Assembly (NCBI GenBank): GCA_963809885.1
Contig: CAWELA010000003.1
Span: 576,123-640,122 of the forward strand
Length of the DNA: 64,000 nt
Source of the DNA: an uncultured Acidimicrobiia bacterium
GTDB taxonomy: Bacteria > Actinomycetota > Acidimicrobiia > IMCC26256 > PALSA-555
Direction of reading: 5' to 3'
Shown in pieces: positions 37,377-48,759 of the stretch. The notes beneath the pieces are model-generated. The model saw only the letters and a program-made list of their open reading frames with translations. It had not been told where the DNA came from and ran no database searches. The translations under genes were made by a program, and so were the position numbers. The number at the start of each line of letters is the position of its first letter. The stretch's first letter is position 1.

Positions 37377-38553
37377 GACGGCTCGAGGTCGCGCGGCAGT
37401 CCCAGCACGCGTTCGGCGATGATGTTGCGCTGCACCTCGCTCGTGCCGCCGCCGATCGTCAGCGCGCGGGAGTACAGGTAGCCGTCGGCCCACAGGCGGG
37501 TCTCGGCGCCGAACGGGCCGTGGTCGGCGAGGATGCGCGCCGGTGCCCGCGAGGTCGAGCGCGAGCGCCATGACGTGCTGCCCGTGCTCGTCGGCGAGCG
37601 CCTTGCGCACCGATGCCTCGGGCCCGGGTTCGAGGCCGCGGACCGCGCGCCGACAACGTCCGCAGCCGGATGAGGCGCAGCACCTGTGACTCGATGTGGA
37701 GTAGGGCGAGGCGTTGCCGCAGGATCGGGTCGACGGTCCCACCCTGCGCGCGCACGAGGTCGAGCACGTCGTCCGCCGTCGGTCCCTGGCCCCAGAGGGC
37801 ACCCTCACCGGAGAGCGACACGCGCTCGTTCCCCAACGTGACCTTCGCGAGGCGCCATCCGTCGTGCTCGGTCCCGACCAATGCGCCCGCCGGGATGCGG
37901 ACGTCTTCGAGGAACACCTCGTTGAAGTCCGCGTTGCCGTCCATCTGTCGGATCGGCTGCACCGTGATGCCCGGCGCGCGCATGTCGACGACGAAGTAGC
38001 TGATGCCGCGGTGCGCCTCGGCGCCCGGGTCGGTGCGGGCGAGCAGGATGCCCCAACGCGCGAGGTGCGCGAACGTGGTCCACACCTTCTGACCCGTCAC
38101 GACCCACTCGTCGCCGTCGCGCGTCGCGCGGGTCGAGAGCGACGCGAGGTCGCTCCCCGCGCCCGGTTCGCTGAACAGCTGGCACCAGATCTCTGAGCCG
38201 TCCAGGATCCCCGGGAGCCATCGCTCCTGCTGCGCCTGCGTCCCCGCGACGAGCAGGGTCGGGCCGGCCCACCCGATGCCGATGGGGTTGAACGGGCGGG
38301 GGGCCTTCGCGCCCCGGAGCTCGGCGTCCACCGCGAGCTGCTGGAGCGGACCTGCGTCGAGGCCCCATGGTCGAGGCCAGTGCGGAGCGACCAGGCCGGC
38401 GGTCGCGAGGTGCCGGCCGAAGTCCGGGGGGAAGTGCCCGCCCGGGGCGTGCGCGCTCAGGAAGGCCCGGGCCTCGGCCCGGAAGGGCTCGGCATCGGCC
38501 CCGAGCTCGAACGCATCGCCGGCGGCCACGATGGGCGAGGCTATTCGGGCCAT
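37373..38553 (-). CDS. Acyl-CoA dehydrogenase family protein (frameshifts near 3' end)
   Basis: WCQLFSEPGAGSDLA, GQKVWTT, FNEVFL, TIGGGTSEVQRNII. Confidence 0.92.
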
Positions 38554-38585
38554 CCGGGGTGTCGCGTGGCGTCGAACACCTTCCT

Positions 38586-38650
38586 GGAGCCAACTCCGGG
38601 GAGCCCGGCTCGGGGGAGCCCGGCTCGGGGGAAGCTCGGCTCGGGGAGCA
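38586..38650. repeat. Imperfect 15-bp tandem repeat (GGGGAGCCCGGCTCG), about 4 copies
   Basis: Seen directly between the divergent acyl-CoA dehydrogenase and sigma factor genes. Confidence 0.75.
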
Positions 38651-38666
38651 GGACAGGGGAGCAGGC

Positions 38667-39263
38667 GTGGGACAGGACGAGTACGGCGACGCGAGCGACG
38701 CGCAGCTCGTCGTCGCGATCGGCCGCTTCCACCAGGCGGCGCTCGCCGAGGCGTACCGCAGGCACGCGGGGGCGGCGTTCGGTCTCGCGCTGCGGATCGC
38801 GGTCGACCGCGCGCTCGCCGAGGAGATCGTGCAGGAGGTGTTCATCCGCCTGTGGAACGATCCCGAGAAGTTCGACCCGGCGCGGGGCTCCCTGCGTTCG
38901 TACTTGCTCGCGCAGACGCACGGCCGCGCCGTTGATCTCGTGCGCGCCGAATCGTCGCGCCGTGCGCGTGAGGAGCGTGATGCACGCCGCACCGCCGAGT
39001 CCGGTTACGACCTCGAGCGCGAGGTGTGGGATCTCACGCTCGCCGAGCAGGTGCGCGGCGCCCTGGCGCAGCTGTCGGAGAAGGAGCGCGCTGCGATCGA
39101 GCTCGCATACTTCGGTGGCCACACGTACCGCGAGGTCGCGGTGATGCTCGACGAGCCCGAGGGGACGGTGAAGAGCCGCATCCGAACCGGACTCGGCCGA
39201 CTCCGGGAAGAGCTCGTCGGCAGTGGCGCGATCGGGTCGGGGGAGCCATGGCTCGAGAGCTGA
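38667..39263 (+). CDS. ECF RNA polymerase sigma factor, SigK-like
   Basis: AEEIVQEVFIRLW, FDPARGS, LAYFGGHTYREVA, GTVKSRIR; followed by anti-sigma. Confidence 0.9.
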   Translation: MGQDEYGDASDAQLVVAIGRFHQAALAEAYRRHAGAAFGLALRIAVDRALAEEIVQEVFIRLWNDPEKFDPARGSLRSYLLAQTHGRAVDLVRAESSRRAREERDARRTAESGYDLEREVWDLTLAEQVRGALAQLSEKERAAIELAYFGGHTYREVAVMLDEPEGTVKSRIRTGLGRLREELVGSGAIGSGEPWLES

Positions 39264-40061
39264 CCCCGGCCGAGCTCGAGGAGCTCTTCGGCGTCTTCGC
39301 GCTCGACGCGCTCGACGGCGACGAGCGCGAGCAGGTGGAGGCGTACCTGGCGCGCTCGCAGGCCGCCCAGGTCGAGGTCGCCCGGCTGCAGGAGGTTGCG
39401 GCGATGCTGGCGCACTCGGGTGGTGCCGCGCCCGACGGGCTGTGGCGTCGCATCGAGGAGTCGCTGGCCACCGAACCGCCGGGACTCGTGCTCCCCCTGC
39501 ATCCTCCGACCACGCCGATGGCGCCTCCGTCCGCAGGCCGCTCCCGGCGCGGCTTCGGCGTCAAGGTCGCACTCGGGATCGCGGCCGCGAGCGCCGCCGC
39601 CGCGCTCTTCACCGTGGCGGTCGTCTCCGACCACATGGCCGAGCAGGAGGACCGCCTGGATCAGGTCGCGTCGAGTGTCGAGCACGACGGCATGCGACGC
39701 GCGGCCATGGGTGCGATGGCCGATCCCGCCGCCCGGACCGTCCGACTCCGCGCCGACGACGGGCAGGGCGCCGCGACTGTGGTGACGCTCCCGAGCGGGA
39801 GCGGGTTCCTCATGGCCGAAGACCTCCCCCGGCTCGCACCGGGGCACACCTACCAGCTCTGGGCGATGACCGGCGACGCCGCGAGCCCCGGCCTCGTCTC
39901 GGCCGGGGTCCTGGGCCGCGACCTCGACATCGCCGCGTTCCACGCGCCCGGGTCCACGCACGGCTTCGTCGTGACGGACGAGGTCGATCCGGGCTCGACC
40001 ACGCCCTCGGTGCACCGGATGTTGGTCGGGGAGCTCACCTCAGCCGCGCGATCATCGCTCG
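39248..40061 (+). CDS. Anti-sigma factor, RskA-like (3' end approximate; stop probably lost to an indel)
   Basis: GVFALDALDGDEREQVE, one TM helix, LPRLAPGHTYQLW, SAGVL, FVVTDE..GSTTPS. Confidence 0.85.
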
Positions 40062-41192
40062 ATGCCGTTCGGTGTGTACGTCCACATCCCGTTCTGCGCG
40101 ACGCGGTGCGACTACTGCGACTTCGCGACGTGGACGGATCGCGACGAGCTCATCGACGACTACGTCGACGCGTGTATCGCCGACCTGCGACGGCGTGTCT
40201 CTGCCGGCGACGCACCGTCCGCCACCTCGGTGTTCTTCGGCGGAGGCACGCCGTCCCTGCTTCCGGCGGAGCGACTCGTCGCGATCCTCGACGAGATCCC
40301 GCGGGTGCCGGGGGCAGAGGTCACGGTCGAGTGCAACCCCGATTCCGTCGACGCCGACAAGCTCGCCGCGTACCACTCGGCCGGGGTGACCCGACTGTCG
40401 TTCGGGGTGCAGTCGATGCAGCCCCACGTGCTCGCGGCGCTCGGGCGCACGCACGACCCGGCGAACGTCATCCGGGCGGTGGGGCTCACCCGCGAGGTGG
40501 GGTTCACGACTTTCAACCTCGACCTCATCTACGGCACGCCCGGCGAGTCGGTCGACGACTGGCGCACCACGCTCGCGGCGACGCTCGACCTGGAACCGCC
40601 GCACCTCAGCGCGTACACGTTGACCGTCGAGCCGGCCACCGCGCTCGGTCGCAACGTCGCGTCGGGCGCGCCCGCGCCCGACGATGACGATCAGGCCACC
40701 AAGTACGAGATCGCCGACACGGTGCTCGGCGCGGCAGGGCTCCTCTGGTACGAGGTGTCGAACTGGGCCCGCCCCGGCCACGAGTGTCGTCACAACCTCC
40801 TCCACTGGTCGAGTGGCGACTACCTGGCGATCGGGTGCGCCGCGCACGGCCACCGGGCCGGGCGGCGCTGGTGGAACGTGCGCACCCCAGAGCGGTACGT
40901 GGCCGCGATCACCAGCGGTGCCGACCCGACCGGCGGCGCCGAGGAGCTCGACGACGCGGCCCGGGTCGAGGAGCGGCTCACGCTGGGGCTCCGGACGAGG
41001 GCCGGCACGACCCTCCCCGCCGGGATGGACGAGGAGGCCGACCGTCTGGTCGGGGCCGGCCTCCTGATCCGGGAGGGTGAGCGGGCGACCCTGACCCGCC
41101 GAGGCCGGCTGCTCGCCACGGACGTCACGGCTCGCCTGCTCGTGGCGGGGACGGCACCGGCCGCCGAGCCGCTTGGCACTCGGTACGATTGA
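40062..41192 (+). CDS. hemW: Radical SAM heme chaperone HemW
   Basis: YVHIPFCATRCDYCDF, FFGGGTPS, YEVSNWA, CRHNLLHW; upstream of hrcA. Confidence 0.93.
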   Translation: MPFGVYVHIPFCATRCDYCDFATWTDRDELIDDYVDACIADLRRRVSAGDAPSATSVFFGGGTPSLLPAERLVAILDEIPRVPGAEVTVECNPDSVDADKLAAYHSAGVTRLSFGVQSMQPHVLAALGRTHDPANVIRAVGLTREVGFTTFNLDLIYGTPGESVDDWRTTLAATLDLEPPHLSAYTLTVEPATALGRNVASGAPAPDDDDQATKYEIADTVLGAAGLLWYEVSNWARPGHECRHNLLHWSSGDYLAIGCAAHGHRAGRRWWNVRTPERYVAAITSGADPTGGAEELDDAARVEERLTLGLRTRAGTTLPAGMDEEADRLVGAGLLIREGERATLTRRGRLLATDVTARLLVAGTAPAAEPLGTRYD

Positions 41193-41199
41193 GTGCCAA
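41173..41199. promoter_or_regulatory. CIRCE element (HrcA operator)
   Basis: TTGGCACTC-GGTACGATT-GAGTGCCAA, perfect 9-9-9 inverted repeat about 30 bp upstream of hrcA. Confidence 0.93.
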
Positions 41200-41228
41200 C
41201 GATCGGTGGACACCCCAGCTGGAGGCCC

Positions 41229-43353
<2,125 letters not shown>

Positions 43354-43395
43354 GCGCGTCGTGGCCCGGGCCTTCGCGGCCGCGCACGCGTCGCG

Positions 43396-44136
43396 GTGGC
43401 CCACGTCCTCGTCGAAGGTGACGCCGCGACGCTCGCGGACGCGGTGCGCATCGACGGACGCGACGGCCACCACCTCGCGCGCGTGCGGCGCCTGCGCGTC
43501 GGCGAAGAGGTGACGGTCGCGGACGGCGCCGGGCGGTGGCGTCCGTACCGGATCGCCGCGGTCGACGGGCCGGCGCTCGACCTCGCGGCGGTCGGAGACG
43601 AGTGCCAGGAGCCCGTCCCGACTCCCGCGCTCGCCGTCGCGTTCGCACTGACGAAGGGAGTGAAGCCCGAGACCGTGGTGCGCCAGCTCACGGAGCTCGG
43701 CGTGGACGAGATCCTCCCGGTCGTGGCCCACCGGTCGGTGGCGCGCCCCAAGTCCGAGCGCGTCGGCGGCCTCGACGAGCGGTTCGTCCGGGTGGCGAGG
43801 GAGGCCGCCATGCAGAGCCACCGCGCCCGACTCCCGCGGATCGGGGCGCTCGGTCCGTTGGAGGGAGTCGCGGGACGTTCCGGGCTCGTGCTCGCCGCGC
43901 GCGGCGGCTCCATGCCGACCGGGCTCGGGAACCCGGGCGGCGGAGGCTGGACCGTCCTCGTCGGACCCGAGGGCGGGTTCGCGGCGGAGGATCTCGCGCG
44001 GCTGCCGGCGCGTGTTCCCACCCTGGGAGTCGGCCCCCACGTCCTCCGAGCCGAGACCGCGGCGGTGGCAGCGGCAGCGCTCCTGGTGGCCTCGCGCCCC
44101 GCCGGGTCCGAACCGGGCGCTCGAGGGCCCGGCTGA
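43396..44136 (+). CDS. rsmE: 16S rRNA m3U1498 methyltransferase
   Basis: HHLARVRRL, TELGVDEI, EAAMQS, VGPEGGF, VLRAETAA. Confidence 0.93.
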   Translation: MAHVLVEGDAATLADAVRIDGRDGHHLARVRRLRVGEEVTVADGAGRWRPYRIAAVDGPALDLAAVGDECQEPVPTPALAVAFALTKGVKPETVVRQLTELGVDEILPVVAHRSVARPKSERVGGLDERFVRVAREAAMQSHRARLPRIGALGPLEGVAGRSGLVLAARGGSMPTGLGNPGGGGWTVLVGPEGGFAAEDLARLPARVPTLGVGPHVLRAETAAVAAAALLVASRPAGSEPGARGPG

Positions 44137-44146
44137 GGGCGCCTTG

Positions 44147-44161
44147 ACCACGGAGCGTGGT
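44147..44161. promoter_or_regulatory. Candidate operator palindrome upstream of bldD-like gene
   Basis: ACCACG-GAG-CGTGGT; an extended -10 (TGC-TACCGT) lies at 44178-44186. Confidence 0.4.
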
Positions 44162-44217
44162 ATCCGAGCGCAGATCCTGCTACCGTTCCATAGGGCGAAA
44201 TGCTGGGAGTGGAGATC

Positions 44218-44706
44218 GTGAGTCGCGCAACCGTTCAGATCGGCGAGCGCCTTCGGGCGATTCGGCGCCAGCAGGGTTTGTCCCTGCACGACGTGGAGGC
44301 CCGTTCCGGCAAGGAGTTCAAGGCATCGGTGCTCGGTGCCTACGAGCGTGGTGAGCGAGCGCTCTCCGTGGGGCGCCTCCTTCGGCTCGCCGAGCTCTTC
44401 GACGTGCCTGCCGACCAGCTGCTCCCGCGGGCGGAAGAGGTCGACATCGACCTGACCACCCGGCGCGACACCGACCCGATGGCCGGCTACACGATCGACC
44501 TCGTACGGCTGAGCCAGCTCGAGGACGGCGACGCGCAGGTGCTGTCCCGCTACGCAGCGACGATCCAGCTCCAGCGACAGGACTTCAACGGCCGGATGCT
44601 CACGATCCGCCGCGACGACGTCCGCGTGCTCGCAGCCGTGCTCGGTCGTCGACCCGAGGACCTCGCGACCCGGCTCGACGAGCTCGGCCTGCGCGCCGCG
44701 AGCTGA
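44218..44706 (+). CDS. bldD: BldD-family transcriptional regulator (XRE HTH plus c-di-GMP-binding C-terminal domain)
   Basis: GERLRAIRRQQGLSLHDVE..FKASVLGAYERGERA; IDLVRL; RYAATIQLQRQDFNGRMLTIRRDD. Confidence 0.85.
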   Translation: MSRATVQIGERLRAIRRQQGLSLHDVEARSGKEFKASVLGAYERGERALSVGRLLRLAELFDVPADQLLPRAEEVDIDLTTRRDTDPMAGYTIDLVRLSQLEDGDAQVLSRYAATIQLQRQDFNGRMLTIRRDDVRVLAAVLGRRPEDLATRLDELGLRAAS

Positions 44707-44783
44707 CGACCGCCGCTCACGGCATCCGGTCATCGGAACGGGCGTCGCTCCCACCCGCGTCGCCCGCTACGCTCCCGAGCAAC

Positions 44784-45809
44784 GTGCCACCACCACCTCC
44801 TTCGCCGACGCAGCTGAAGGTCCTCGTACCGGGGAACCACCTCATGGTGGACCTGCTCGGCCACCGCGACGAGCTGTTGAAGGTGGTCGAAGCCGCGTTC
44901 CCGGTCGGCATCCACGTCCGCGGGAACGAGATCACCATCACCGGCGACGCAGAAGAAGCGGCGCGCGTCGGCCGCCTGTTCGAAGAGCTCGTGCTGCTCG
45001 CCGAACGGGGCCACGATCTCGACGAAGCGAGCCTCGGGCGCACGATCGACATGTTGAACTCCGACCAGCGCCCCTCCGAGGTCCTCGCGACCGAGGTGCT
45101 GCGCGGCCGCAAGGCCGTCCGCGCCAAGACCTCGGGTCAGAAGCGCTACATCGACGCGGTGCAACAGCACACCGTGACGTTCGGCATCGGGCCCGCGGGC
45201 ACGGGCAAGAGCTATCTCGCCGTCGCGCTCGCCGTGCAGGCGCTCCAGGCCAAAGAGGTGAACCGCATCATCCTCACGCGCCCGGCGGTCGAAGCCGGTG
45301 AGCGGCTCGGGTTCCTGCCGGGCGACATCCTCGCCAAGGTCGACCCCTACCTCCGCCCGCTGTACGACGCGCTGTACGACATGCTCGACACGGAGGTGGT
45401 CGCACGGCTCATGGAACGCGGCACGATCGAAGTCGCGCCGCTCGCCTTCATGCGCGGGCGCACACTCAACGACTCGTTCATCATCCTCGACGAGGCGCAG
45501 AACACGACCCCCGAGCAGATGAAGATGTTCCTGACCCGGCTCGGGTTCGGCTCGCGGATCGTGGTCACTGGCGATGTCACGCAGATCGACCTGCCCGAAG
45601 GACGCGGCCGGTCCGGGCTCCTCGCGGTGCGCGACATCCTCCGCGACATCGATGGCGTCGCGTTCGTCGAGCTCGATCGCAGCGACGTCGTCCGCCACCG
45701 GATCGTGCAGGACATCGTGCATGCGTACGAGATCGCGTCCGCGTACGTCCGCACTTCGTCGATGGCGGCGCCGGAAGACGCTCCGGAGCCCGACCGGGGC
45801 AGTCGGTGA
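44784..45809 (+). CDS. phoH: PhoH family ATPase
   Basis: GPAGTGKS, RPAVEAGERLGFLPG, APLAFMRGRT, LDEAQN, GDVTQIDL. Confidence 0.96.
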   Translation: MPPPPPSPTQLKVLVPGNHLMVDLLGHRDELLKVVEAAFPVGIHVRGNEITITGDAEEAARVGRLFEELVLLAERGHDLDEASLGRTIDMLNSDQRPSEVLATEVLRGRKAVRAKTSGQKRYIDAVQQHTVTFGIGPAGTGKSYLAVALAVQALQAKEVNRIILTRPAVEAGERLGFLPGDILAKVDPYLRPLYDALYDMLDTEVVARLMERGTIEVAPLAFMRGRTLNDSFIILDEAQNTTPEQMKMFLTRLGFGSRIVVTGDVTQIDLPEGRGRSGLLAVRDILRDIDGVAFVELDRSDVVRHRIVQDIVHAYEIASAYVRTSSMAAPEDAPEPDRGSR

Positions 45810-46352
45810 ACGTGGCGACGCCGATGCAGGTCTTCGGAGCCGACGAGCAGGAGGCCGTCGCCCTCGACGTGCTCCGCTACCTCCGGCTCGCGCAGCTGGT
45901 CCTCGACGAGGAGCGCGTCGCACCGGACGCCGAGATGTCGGTCGTCTTCGTCGACGAGGAGACCATCGCGGATCTCAACGAGCGGTTCCTCGACGGCGAC
46001 GGCTCGACCGACGTGCTCGCGTTCCCGCTCGACGACGACGCGCTCCCCGGCGGTCGACAACCCGACCAGGGCGGTCGGGGCCCGGGGACGCCGTCGGACG
46101 AGAGCGAGCCGCCCACCGTGCTCGGCGACGTCCTGGTCTGCCCCGCCGTCGCGCAGCGCCAGGCCGCGTCGCTCGGCCGGACCCTCGAGGAGGAGCTCGC
46201 CCTCCTGGTCGTGCACGGGACGCTCCACCTGCTCGAGTACGACCACGCCGAGCCGGCCGAGACGGCGACCATGCAGCGGCGCGAAGCCGAGCTCCTCGGC
46301 CAAGTTCCGCGGGATCGAGCACCCCGCCCCCGGGAGGGAAGGCCCGGGATGA
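45806..46352 (+). CDS. ybeY: rRNA maturation endoribonuclease YbeY (3' end frameshifted)
   Basis: TDVLAFP, LGDVLVCP, VHGTLHLLEYDH. Confidence 0.93.
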
Positions 46353-47655
46353 ACACCAGCGACTGGGTGATCCTGGTGGTCGTCGTCGTCCTCTTCTGCG
46401 CCTCGATCGTGCTCGCCATGGCCGAGATGGCCTTCGCCCGGATGAACCGGATCCGCGGCTCTGGCGCTGGAGGAGGAGGGTCGCAAGGGTGCGGGGCGCC
46501 TCGCCCAGATGCTCGAGCACCCCGAGCAGACGATCAACTCGCTGCTGCTGCTGGTCCTCGTCGCCCAGCTGACGACGGCCAGCCTCCTCGGGGTCTTCCT
46601 GGAGCGCCACGCCGGCGGTGCGGGTGTGGTCATCGGTCTCGTGCTCCAGATCATCTTCTTCTTCGTGATCGGCGAGGTCGCGCCCAAGACCTACGCGATC
46701 CAGCACACCGACCGGGCGGCGCTGGCGCTCTCGGGGTTCCTGTACGGCATCACCAACTTCCCGCCGCTGCGGACGCTGTCCCGGTCGCTGATCGGGCTCG
46801 CGAACGTCCTCCTTCCCGGCAGGGGCCTGAAGGAGGGCCCGTTCGTCACCGAGGAGGACCTGCGTGCCATGGCGGACGTCGCCGCCGACGAGGACGCGAT
46901 CGAGAGCGAGGAGCGCAAGCTGATCCACTCGATCTTCGAGTTCGGCGACACGGTGGTGCGCGAGGTGATGCTCCCGCGCCCCGACATGGTCGCGATCGAG
47001 GCGGACGCGACCGTCGAGGAGGCGATCGAGCGCGCGATCGAGGGCGGGTACTCCCGCATCCCCGCGTTCGAGGACACGCCCGACAACATCGTCGGCCTCG
47101 TGTACCTCAAGGACCTCGTGCGCCGCGCCCGTGCCGGCGAGGGTGCGAAGCCGGTGCGGAAGTCGTTGCGCGACGCGGTCTTCGTTCCCGAGCAGAAGCG
47201 CGTCGCCGAGCTGCTGCGCGAGATGCAGGCGAAGCAGTTCCACATGGCGATCGTCGTCGACGAGCACGGCGGCACCGCGGGGCTGGTCACGCTCGAGGAC
47301 CTGCTCGAGGAGATCGTCGGCGAGATCACCGACGAGTACGACGTCGAGGGCCCGTCGGTGGAGCACCTGCCCGACGGGGCGTTGCGTGTCCCGGGGCGGT
47401 GCTCGATCGACGACCTGAGCGAGGAGCTCGACATGGAGCTCCCCGACACGGAATGGGACACCGTCGGCGGGCTGGTCTTCAACCTCCTCGGGCACGTCCC
47501 CGAGGAAGGTGAGGCTGTGCGCTTCCAGGGCCTCGAGTTCCGCACCGAGCGCGTGCAGGGACGGCGGATCGCCTCGGTGGTGATCACACGGGCGCCCGAC
47601 GGGTCGAAGGACGGTGCGGACGCGGAGCGCCGAGGCCGACGCGGCCTCCGCCTGA
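46349..47655 (+). CDS. CNNM/CBS/CorC (hemolysin/TlyC-family) membrane protein (frameshifted)
   Basis: AMAEMAF, GEVAPK, VREVMLPRPDM, YSRIP, VVDEHGGTAGLVTLEDLLEEIVGEI, TVGGL. Confidence 0.9.
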
Positions 47656-47699
47656 TGCGTGCACGCAGACGCCTGATGCATGCGCACGCGGGCACGTTG

Positions 47700-48596
47700 A
47701 TGTTCCGATCGGGCTTCGCCACGCTCATCGGACGCCCCAACGTCGGGAAGTCGACGCTCGTCAACCAGATGGTCGGCTCGAAGGTCGCCATCACGTCGCC
47801 CCGACCCCAGACCACGCGCACGACGGTGCGCGGCGTGCGCACGAGCGAGACCTCGCAGCTCGTCCTGCTCGACACGCCCGGGCTGCACAAGCCACGGACC
47901 GCCCTCGGGGAGCGGACGAACGAGCGGGCGCGGGCGACCCTCACCGAGGTCGACGTCGTGTGCCTGTTCGTGGAGGCGAACGCAGCCATCGGCACGGGCG
48001 ACCGCTTCATCGCCGACCTCGCCCGCGAGGCCGCGACGCCGCGGATCCTGGTGCTCAACAAGATCGACGTCGCGTCGAAGGGCGCAGTCGCCCGCCACCT
48101 GGGCGAAGTCGTGGCGAAGCTCGGCGAGTTCGACGCCTACGTGCCCGTGTCGGCCAAGACGGGCGAGGGGATCGACGCCCTCGTCGGCGAGCTCGAGACG
48201 CGCATGCCCGAGGGCCCGCACTACTACCCGGAGGGCGTCGTCACCGACCAGCCCGAGACGTTCGTGGCGGCCGAGCTCGTCCGTGAGCAGCTGCTCCATG
48301 CGATGCACGACGAGGTCCCGCACTCGATCGGCGTGTCGTGCGAGCTGCTCGACGAGGACGACGACCGTGAGCACCCCGCCGACGTCCTGCGCCTCCTGGT
48401 CACGATCCGCGTCGAGCGTGACTCTCAGAAGGGGATGGTGATCGGCCGTGGTGGCGAGGTCCTCAAGCGCGCCGCGACCTCGGCCCGGAGGAGCCTCGAG
48501 GCGCTGCTCGGCGCCCGCGTCTACCTGGAGACCAAGGTCCGGGTCGAGCGCGACTGGCAGCGCAGGCCCCAGGCACTCGACCGGATGGGCTTCTAG
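47700..48596 (+). CDS. era: GTPase Era
   Basis: FRSGF..GRPNVGKSTL, PQTTR, DTPG, NKID, KH domain SQKGMVIGRGG. Confidence 0.96.
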   Translation: MFRSGFATLIGRPNVGKSTLVNQMVGSKVAITSPRPQTTRTTVRGVRTSETSQLVLLDTPGLHKPRTALGERTNERARATLTEVDVVCLFVEANAAIGTGDRFIADLAREAATPRILVLNKIDVASKGAVARHLGEVVAKLGEFDAYVPVSAKTGEGIDALVGELETRMPEGPHYYPEGVVTDQPETFVAAELVREQLLHAMHDEVPHSIGVSCELLDEDDDREHPADVLRLLVTIRVERDSQKGMVIGRGGEVLKRAATSARRSLEALLGARVYLETKVRVERDWQRRPQALDRMGF

Positions 48597-48759
48597 CGCC
48601 CGGGATCTTCCCGACCGCACAAGTTGCTGCTCCGCGACCGACGGGGGATAGAGTGCCGACGCGCTCCGGGCTCCGGGCGTTCGGCGACGGTTCCGATCGG
48701 CCGCCGGGGTGTTCTCGCCAGACTTCGAGATTCCGTCGAGAATCGGGGAACCGGGGGAC

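Noticed and set aside
39026-40687. RskA extended about 200 aa over hemW
   Set aside because: The extension is off-frame, Arg/Pro-rich text overlapping a well-conserved hemW; the real stop was probably lost to an indel.
45806-48596. Apparent YbeY-CNNM and CBS protein-Era fusions
   Set aside because: ATGA (46349-46352) and TGATG (47653-47657) junctions mark ordinary coupled gene boundaries; the read-through is attributable to indels.
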